NCBI GenBank assembly: GCA_004431415.1
Contig: QPMI01000212.1
Coordinates: 1-64,000, forward strand
Direction of reading: 5' to 3'
Source: Cyanophora paradoxa CCMP329
Taxonomy: Eukaryota; Plantae; Glaucophyta
Length of the DNA stretch: 64,000 bases
The translations under genes and the position numbers were made by a program. Below, piece after piece: positions 58,571 through 64,000 of this stretch. Below the pieces are notes generated by a model. That model saw only the letters and a list, made by a program, of their open reading frames with translations, was not told where the DNA came from and made no database searches. Each line of letters begins with the position of its first letter. Positions within the stretch are counted from its first letter, which is position 1.

Positions 58571-60070
58571 GGCGCCAGGTCCGACGTCGACGTCGACCCC
58601 GCCGGCGCCCCGGCCCGTCCTATAGCTAGGCCTCCTCGATCGAGCTCGTCCTCGGGGGCGGCGGCCGCCCGGACTCCGGGACGATGGAGGCCAGCTAGGC
58701 GGCGATCGCGATGCGCGACACGGCTAGCGCTCATGATCACCATACGCTCCGCCGGCATATGCATGGTCACCATCGGCGCCGGCACGCCGGCGCCTGGCCT
58801 GCGCATGCCACAGCTAGCGCTGCAGGCTGCTCGGCCTGCCATGCCTATAGCTCAGCGGCTATAGCTAGCTTTATATATAGCTATAGGCCCTAGGCCTGCC
58901 TGATCATATGCATATGCATGACGTCGACCGGCGGGGCCGCCGGGGCGGGGCGGGCGCACCGCCCCAGGCTGCCTCGGCGACCCTTGTGTGCGAGTTATAC
59001 CGCGGTAGCTATAGCAGCCGGGCTCGCATGCGCACGCGCATGCGCAGCTGCAGGCTCGATCCGAGGCTGCATGCATGCGCATGCATGCAGGAGCGGGTTT
59101 AGACGCACGAGCACGCGGCTGGGCTGGGTTAAAGAATGCTCCGAGAGCTCAGCTACGTACGCGTGTGCGGCGCGGCGGCTGTACATGTCCGCTGCTGTCG
59201 GCTGTGGGGGGTATAGGCCTTGTTTGCCTTCATTGGGAGGTCGACGTCGGCCGCAATGGACGAGAGCCTTCAAGCCCGTGTCCAGGCGGCTTACAATCAC
59301 GTTCCGGACCCGAAACAGCAAGAGGAGTTGCGGGAGTTCATCCTCGCCTTCGGGCGCTGCTGCCATCCTGACGGTGCGTGCTGCCGGGCCATGGAGTTAA
59401 GCACACCGCGGTCGGCTCTTTTTAAGGAGCGGGGAAGTTCAATAAACCTCGATAAGTGGTGATAAGAGCCCCGAGTGTCGATAAGTTGGCGGCGCGGCGC
59501 GCTGCTCAGCGGTTGTGGCAACGCGCTGGGGCGCAATTGTGGTTAAACCGTTGTGGCTCCAAATTGCGCTCCAAATTGACGAAGCTCGAAGCCCGGGCAT
59601 GCCTGCTGCACGAGGATCGCTCTAGATCTGACGGGCGGCATATGCATATTGCATGCAGAGACCGATCCGGTCAAGTTAACCGAGGCCTTTTTCCGGGCCA
59701 CGATCTTCAAGGAGGGGCTGCCACCGGGACTTCCATGGCCGAGTGCGTGACTGCTTGATCATGATTCTAGGCTTAATTCTAGCTTGCGCCGCGGCGCGTA
59801 CGTCTCCATCGGCGCGGCCGGCTGATGAAGACCCGTCCGTCGATCGTAGGCCGCCTCTGGGAGCAGAGCTCGGCGTCGACGCCGGCTTCGCATACTGTGG
59901 CTGGCAATTCACAAACATAGCCGTTTGAATTGTATATACGTAGGTTTTTCTGACAGGCTCAAGAAGTGCAAGCAAAAATGCATATGGAGGCAGCAGGGAT
60001 CGGAGCTCGAGGAGAAATTAAAGAAAGAATTCGAAAGAGAGAGGGATCCCACGAAAGCTAGCTATAGCTA

Positions 60071-60800
60071 GCTGACCGCAGGCTACAGCTACGTGTATAC
60101 AGGAGCGCGCTTGCGAAGGGGTGAGCCTCGGGGGCCCCCGCCCCCTGCGGCCCCCCCGCGGTAGGAAATGGACCGTCACTCTTTCTGTCTTTCCCCAGCA
60201 GCGATGCCGCATGGTTCGGGCGGGGGCGGGGGCGAGGGAGGGAGGGGGCAGGAGGGGGGGGGGGGGGGGGGGGGGGGGGAGCTTGGGGACTGGAGGGGAC
60301 TGCAGCTGGGTGCTTTCCTCGCTCCGGGAGTCCGGCGGGCGGGGGCGGGGGGCGGCTAGGCGGCGGGGGCGGCGGGCCGGAGGCGGCGCGGGAGGCGGCG
60401 GGGGCGACGTGGTGGAGGGGCCGGCCGCGGGCCCCCGGCCACTCCGCCGCCCTCGCCTCCGCCAGCAGCTCCAGCGCCGCCTCCACCCCTGGCCCCGGGC
60501 CCCTCAGATCAGATCAGATCAGATCAGATCTGATCTGAGCGCACCGCGGGCGAAGGCGGCGTTGTCGAAGTAGCCGCGGCGGGCCTCCCGCGCGGCGGCG
60601 AGGGCCGCCCGCAGCGCCGCGAGGCGCCCGGGGCTCCGGCCCCCGCCGCCAGCGCCACCGCCGCGTCCTCGTACGCCTGCGCGGAGCAAACGAAGGCGCC
60701 CCGGCCCGCGCCTCACAGACCGCGGGAGAAGGCGCGGGGGCGGTGCGGGGCGGGGCGGGGCGGGCCTTGCAATTGAGGCTGGGGACGATGGGGGGCGCCG
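60071..60800 (-). repeat. Diverged segmental duplicate, copy B (hypothetical gene extending upstream to ~62450)
   Basis: Same exons, same GATCA microsatellite intron and same downstream motif as copy A. Confidence 0.8.
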
Positions 60801-63326
60801 GGCCCGACCCGCCGGGCCGGTTTTGAGGCGGTTCTGCTCGGCGATGGAGGGGACCTCGGCGCAGAGGCGGTTCTGCTCGGCGCAGAGGAGCGCGCGCCGC
60901 CTGGCGAAGAGCTCCCCGTCGAGGCGGGCCCGCTCCGTCCGCCGGGCCCTGCGAGAGAGCCGCCGGCCGCGGGCGCGAGCGCCGCGCACACCCTTGCAGA
61001 GGTCGATCTGCGATCGCGAAGGGAGGCGCGTTAGCGCGTGCGCGGGGCGCAGAAAGGTCATACTCAGGCGCATTGTTTGCGAGATTTCTTCTATATATAG
61101 CTATGGTCGCGAGCGCCGCGAACTTTGCAGAACGGGCGCTAGTCTTCTAGTCTCCTAGTCTTCTGCTGCTAGCTATAGACTAGACTTCGGCCCCGCGGCC
61201 AACCGGCCCCGTCCCGCCCCGCCCCGCCCGCCCCGCGCGGACCATCTCCGTCGTCTTCGCGCTGACAAGCGTCGTGAGGTGCTGCATTTCCGCTCCGCAG
61301 CCGCTGGCTCTCCGCGAACGACTCCGAAGTCTGCTCCAAAGTCTGGGCCGGGGTACGGGTGCGAGCGGGGTGGGGGGTACACCTTGCGCTCGTACGTGAC
61401 GTGGACCTCGAGGAGGCCCTGGCCCGGGCCCCTTCGCCTTCCACTTCTGCTACCCGAGGTTCAGCTGGATGCGTACCCCCGGCGCTTGGAACTCTGCGCG
61501 GGGCGTTGGCGAAGCTAAGGCGCAGTCGGCGGCGCCGGCCGCCGCCGCCGCCGCGCGCGTACCCGTGTTGATGCGCTCCCAGGGGATTTCGTAGCACCCC
61601 GGGAAATCGTTCTGCACGGCGGGCCGGCTGCAAATCAGACCGAGGAGCTCGAGGACGAGGGGTACGTGCGCAGAGGACGCTCGCGGGGGAGGGGGGGGTA
61701 CGTGCCTGGAGGATGTCCTGGTCCATGACGCGGAACGTCAGCTTGGGGTCCTTTCTTCCCGTTCTCGTCCAGGAAGCTGCGGGCGGGCCGGGGCGGCGGG
61801 CCGGGGGGTACGCCGCAATTCGGCTAGCTTCGAATTCGAATGCACAAGCGCGGACCTCGGTGCGGAGCTCCTGCTGCGGGGAGAGGGGGGGGAGGGGGGA
61901 GGGGGGGATGGGGGAGGGGGGGGTAGGGGTCGTTGCGGGTACAGGCGCGGGCGATCGCGAGGAGGGTTACGTGTGCTGCCGGCCTTGTTTACGGGCACGA
62001 AGCGGAGGATGACCTGAGGGGGTACATGGATGGCGGCGGCGCGGGGTAAGCGTGCGGTGGGGGTACGGGCGCACGTAGAGGTCGCGCAGTCCGTTCACAT
62101 CCTCCGACTTGCGTCGCGCGAACGGATCGCGCGCATCTTGCAGCGCCGCGGTGCGGGGCTGCAGCTGGCCCGTGAGGGCGCGGCGCGGCACGGTGCAGCG
62201 GCGGCGGACCGTCTGGAATTGCGGTTACTTGCACGCAGTTGTTCAAGCCGCGATGCTCTGCCGAGACGAGCACGCGCTGCGCCTCGCGGGTCGGGCCTGC
62301 AGCTGGGCCCGGGCCGCGGCGCTCGGGGCCGGGCGCGTGATCTGCTCGCGGAGGACTTTGTCCTCTTGCTCCAGCCGCCATGGCCAGCTCTGCGCGCTTG
62401 ATCATGAGCTCGACTCGGCGAAGGAGGGCGCTCCGAGAAGCTATGTTCACCTCTATCGCTGCAGCTCCGCGACACGCGCTGTCAGTTTAGTCCGCCGTGT
62501 ACGCCGGCTGCCCGTAGGGACCGCCGCCGGGGACGTGGGGCCCGCGGTGGGGGCCGCGGCCGGCAACGGCAGCCGCTGAGCGGACGCCACAAAATGACTA
62601 AGGTCTGCACGTGACCGCCATGAACGTGCACGTTCGAGCACGAGAACGTGCACACGGACGCCGCTGCGAAGCGCGGCTCAGGACACGCGCGCTCGAGAAA
62701 GGAGGATCGAGCAGCGGAGAAAACGCCTCGAGCTCGCTGGATATCGATGCTTATACTTGATCCTTTGTTGCGCTGGCCGGATCCTCGGATGCTCTCGATA
62801 TTGTACCCCAGGCTCATCCAGCCAGGACCAGCCTGGACCAGCCAGGACCAGCCTCCAGGCTCTCGAGAAGCAGGCTAGCTGCAGCAGTTGCCTCGCTCCA
62901 GCGTGAGCGTCTGATCCGCTTCGGCATCAGCTGCCTCACTCCTCTTGCCTTCCGCGGGTCGCCTCACAACCGCGCGCGCGCGGGTACGGTCCGCGTTGGC
63001 ATTGACGTTAAACGTTCTTCCAGCCGCGAGTCCGCCTGGGCGTTAACGTCGTTCTTTTGTTCGATACACCCTCTAGATCTCACAGGCTTCTCGTTCGACA
63101 GGCACCTAGACGACGACTTCGCCATGTCAAGGCTTCTGCAAGGTTCTTGGCCATCTTCCGATCTTGTTGATCGCACAGCCGGATCGGCTGTACATGTGCT
63201 TGCAAGGTTCACAGCTGGAGATGCACCCGTCGTCGTCGCTGTGCGCGTACGCGTTCTCCTTCAGCTTGATCATGAGCTCGCTGCTATAGCTACCTTCTTG
63301 GCTGATCCAGCGAGTATTTACTGCAC

Positions 63327-63824
63327 ATGAAGCAGGCGGGGCCTCAAGAAGTGGGATTTGCGCTGCAGATGTCTACTGCAGCAGCGAGGGATCTGGGCGC
63401 GAACTTCGCTTTGAATGCTGCGAAGGAGCTGAAGGAGGGCATGATTGAATCCTCGAAGCAGCTGAGCGTCGCATCGGCGAACCTCGGAGTGGAAGCTGCG
63501 AAGGTGCTGACCGTCGCATCGGCGAACCTCGGAGTGGAAGCTGCGAAGGAAATGAAGGAGCTCGGCACGCTAGCTGCGAAGGAAATGAAGGAGCTCGGCA
63601 CGCTCTTCATTGTCGGCTGGATAGTAGTTTCTATAATCAACAAGCCCACGCGAGGCGATGGCCAGGGTGCGAGCGCGTCGCCCGCTCGTTGCTGGCCGCT
63701 GCGGCCGGGCTCTGATCCGAGCTCGAGCAGGTGGCCGCAGCGAGCTGCCGCTGCTTCGCGAGCCGTAGGGGGGCGCAGCGAGCCGTGGCTTTCCCACGAG
63801 CCGCAGCTGCCCCGCGAGCCGTAG
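63327..63824 (+). CDS. Hypothetical protein with helical repeats and a C-terminal hydrophobic anchor
   Basis: VASANLGVEAAK x2 and AAKEMKELGTL x2, then LFIVGWIVVSII. The true start and end are probably spliced. Confidence 0.45.
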   Translation: MKQAGPQEVGFALQMSTAAARDLGANFALNAAKELKEGMIESSKQLSVASANLGVEAAKVLTVASANLGVEAAKEMKELGTLAAKEMKELGTLFIVGWIVVSIINKPTRGDGQGASASPARCWPLRPGSDPSSSRWPQRAAAASRAVGGRSEPWLSHEPQLPREP

Positions 63825-64000
63825 TGGGCGCGACCGCCTCCAGGTCTCTTTTCCTTCTGGGGCGAGCTCCCTCTCCAAGGCTTCGCGCCGCGCCCATCCG
63901 CATCCGTCCCTCGCCCCCAGCTCTAACGGACGCCCACGGCCGGCCGTGTTTGCCTCTCTTATCGGATCATGAGACGCCGAGAGCGAGGCGAGGCTTTGCC

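Noticed and set aside
25710-61930. Long poly-G/poly-C and CCCCG tracts as functional G-quadruplex elements
   Set aside because: They are ubiquitous intronic low-complexity sequence, homopolymer lengths are unreliable, and there is no specific evidence of function.
20029-64000. Hundreds of overlapping Arg/Pro/Gly/Ala-rich ORFs
   Set aside because: Artefacts of very high GC content; real genes here are split by short introns.
20029-64000. Naming the host species
   Set aside because: GC content, intron style and P2X fit several protist or algal groups, and there is no diagnostic marker in the window.

Overview
Eukaryotic (protist-type) genomic DNA in two sharply different parts. (1) 1-20028 is an AT-rich, intron-less endogenous DNA virus of the Polinton-like virus (PLV)/virophage type, with its left end outside the window. 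It encodes a Prim-Pol + SF3 (D5-like) primase-helicase, an A32/FtsK packaging ATPase, a double-jelly-roll major capsid protein and two penton-like proteins. It also carries a patatin phospholipase fused to a discoidin-like domain, a ~2000-aa phage-style fibre ending in a peptidase-S74 chaperone, two paralogous short fibre-like proteins, a Zn-ribbon protein and an intact S-adenosylmethionine decarboxylase. Two inverted iteron-like elements and a perfect 28-bp inverted repeat at the right border are present. The right end appears to cut a coding exon of a host gene. (2) 20029-64000 is very GC-rich host DNA with many short introns, often GC-AG. It holds a large secreted PKD/lectin-like protein gene (truncated by the virus), a non-autonomous hAT element with a nested retroposon, an F-box/LRR gene, a P2X receptor, a P-loop kinase-like gene, a full-size ABCG/PDR transporter with two long hairpin insertions, and several hypothetical or duplicated genes. 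No rRNA, tRNA or CRISPR array was recognised. Host exon boundaries were read by eye and are approximate; most of the GC-rich six-frame ORFs are spurious.
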